A stretch of 62,501 nt of DNA, the filler included, from Rhabdomonas costata (taxonomy: Eukaryota), in NCBI GenBank assembly GCA_019059605.1. It is 32 parts of 32 records of this genome, joined end to end, with 100 filler letters (N's around TTAATTAATTAA, not from the genome) between each part and the next. Parts side by side here need not be neighbours in the genome. Positions count along the whole stretch, not along the records: positions 60,647 to 62,501 come from JAHMHO010008158.1; 31 more parts are not named here. One strand, 5' to 3'. The notes under the pieces were generated by a model, which searched no databases, was not told the origin of the DNA, and saw only the letters and a list, made by a program, of their open reading frames with translations. Shown in pieces: positions 60,647 to 62,501 of this stretch (positions within the stretch are counted from its first letter, which is position 1; the number at the start of each line of letters is the position of its first letter). A program made the position numbers and the translations under genes.

Positions 60647-62501
60647 GTTGGGGTGGGCTGCGCCTCGGGGCAGAAGCAGGGTACCCGTACCACAAACCGG
60701 CTGCCGTGGCCCTCCCCACCACTGGTAACGGTCAGCGTGCCGTGCATGCGCTGGGCCAGCTTCTTGGAGATCACGAGGCCAAGCCCGGTGCCCCCGTACT
60801 TCCGAGAGATGGAGCTATCGGCCTGGCTGAAGGGCAGGAAGAGCCGGTCCAGGGCAGCTTGGGGAAGCCCAATACCGGTGTCGGCGACCTCCACAGTGTA
60901 CCACTCCCGAGACTCGTCCACGCCGCAGGAGACGCACACCATTCCCTCGTGGGTGAACTTGACTCCTGAGTTGTTGAGTGCGCTTTGCTGAGCGAGCGAG
61001 TGATTGAGGGAGGGGGGGATGTTTGTAAAAGTGGGTGAGACAGTATGAATAAGAGTGTGAATTGGTGGCCTTGCGTTTTTCTTTTTCCGAATGCAAGTGA
61101 CATTTGCGAAACGAGTGCTGCTGGATAAAGCGGCTCAAAGTCAGCGCAAAGGCATCTATCGACTACGTCGGCAAGCTGATTCAAGATGCAAAAATCAGCA
61201 CACCATTGCTAAGCAGGTTGAGCAGAACCCTCTTCAGCAGGCGAGCGTCACCCACGCAGTGCCGGGGAACATCGGGTTGCACCCGAACCACGAGCTGAAG
61301 GTCCTTCTCCTCAGCCTTGATCTGCACCACAGAGGCGGCCTGCTCGACAACCTGTCGCAGGCTAAAGGGGATGACCTCCAGCTCCATGTTGTCCGCCTCC
61401 AGCTTGCTGAAGTCCTGCGTAACGGCATGCAACCCGTGTTTTGTCCTCTGGGGGACCGACCAGAACCCTTAAATAATTTGTCCCTGTAAAAGTACGTTCT
61501 GACCGCCAAAATCTTGTCCTTTCATGAGTTGACGATACGATCACCAAACTGCCAGAACTTGACAGCAACAAGTAAGTTTCATACTCAGCAGTCAAAAGCA
61601 AAGGAACAATTGTATTGGGGGGGAGGGAGCGTTAAACGTTTAGCGGCGCTAAACCTCCAAATCGGACACATTTTTCGGATGTTTTTATCAGGACACGGGA
61701 GTAAGGTAAAATATGTCAACTATTTATAGATGCATTAATTTTAGCAAAATGGGTTAGATATACTGTTTTTCTTCCCCGTAGGCAGACATAATTTAATCTG
61801 AAAGGGGTTAGGACCGTTCAGCAGTGCTCAACGGTTGACCCACCAAAAAAATTACAAGAGGCCCGAAACAAAAACGTCACATGCGCTGGTGGTATGAATC
61901 GTTGATGCACCAGCCATCAACACCCAAACCACACACCAAGATGTCATTGATCAAGGACAACATCGATTCTCCGTTGGAAACAACAGCGTCGATGCATTCC
62001 ATTTGCTTCAGATCCAGCGATGTAGTATCTCGGAGCACCTTCGGAAGAGTGATGCGTGCAATTGCTGGGTAAAAAAGAGAGCGGCAATCCAACCAGGAAA
62101 AGAAAATATACGACCATCATTATATACATGAAACAAGATTACCACCTGCAGCAGGTTCAGATGGCGGTGTTGTGTAATAGTGCAAGCAATCTCTGTGCCG
62201 AAATCTAAGAGTGATGATCCATAAATGAAAAGGGATGGCGCAATTACCGCGATCCTTGCCTCCCAGCATATGCAGATTGCCCCACGCATTCTCGCACACC
62301 AAACTGTCATGGCAGAAGCACACATCTGTGGCGCACAATCACCCGCCTTCCACACAGAGACCTCTGCCATTCCAATGCAAGCAGTTAAGGGGGTGCGCAT
62401 CTCGTGCGACATCACGGCGAAGAAGCTCTCCTTGGCTTTCATCAAGGACTGAGTCTGCTCCTCCACTCGCCTCAGCTCTGCGCAGGTCTGGGCAGCCTCC
62501 T
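60647..62501 (-). CDS. Sensor histidine kinase (HisKA + HATPase_c), 4 exons
   Basis: Exons 62501-62362, 62038-61937, 61414-61204 and 60965-60647: H-box MSHEMRTPL, LINDILDFSKLEA, N-box NLLSNGVKFT, G1 DTGIG, F-box FLPFSQAD and G2 GGTGLGL. Confidence 0.96.

Noticed and set aside
58691-62501. Hemerythrin next to a histidine kinase as an O2-sensing gene cluster
   Set aside because: The two genes are on different contigs separated by an artificial spacer, so adjacency carries no information.

Overview
This window is not one locus. It is 32 unrelated contigs of about 1.83-1.88 kb, joined by artificial 100-nt spacers (44 N + TTAATTAATTAA + 44 N), so adjacency between contigs means nothing. The DNA is eukaryotic nuclear sequence with many short spliceosomal introns, so most of the supplied ORF track is spurious; I rebuilt exons by hand. 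The LRRC6/DNAAF11 sequence, AG acceptors just upstream of start codons and a CRE/SLACS-type retroelement point to an intron-rich euglenozoan flagellate (euglenid, symbiontid or diplonemid). G/T-only contig starts, A/C-only contig ends and terminal fold-backs suggest a single-cell whole-genome-amplified library. Recognisable gene fragments: FBXO11-like beta-helix protein, RING finger, NOL11-like protein, broken alpha-kinase, divergent PCNA-like clamp, FG-repeat protein, CELF-like RRM, MPPED-type metallophosphoesterase with an in-frame TAG, Cache-like sensor, Cys-rich exon-module protein, threonine dehydratase, WIPI/Atg18, condensin CAP-D2, class III fructose-1,6-bisphosphatase, DUF1295, SPRTN, LRRC6, VPS13, GH26, hemerythrin and a histidine kinase. 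The most notable observations are an intron-containing Firmicute-type class III FBPase, an apparently tandem bacterial-type GH26, frequent GC-AG introns, a divergent PCNA paralog and one in-frame UAG in a window where all six confidently placed stops are UGA. Family assignments rest on motifs recalled from memory; no database search was run.
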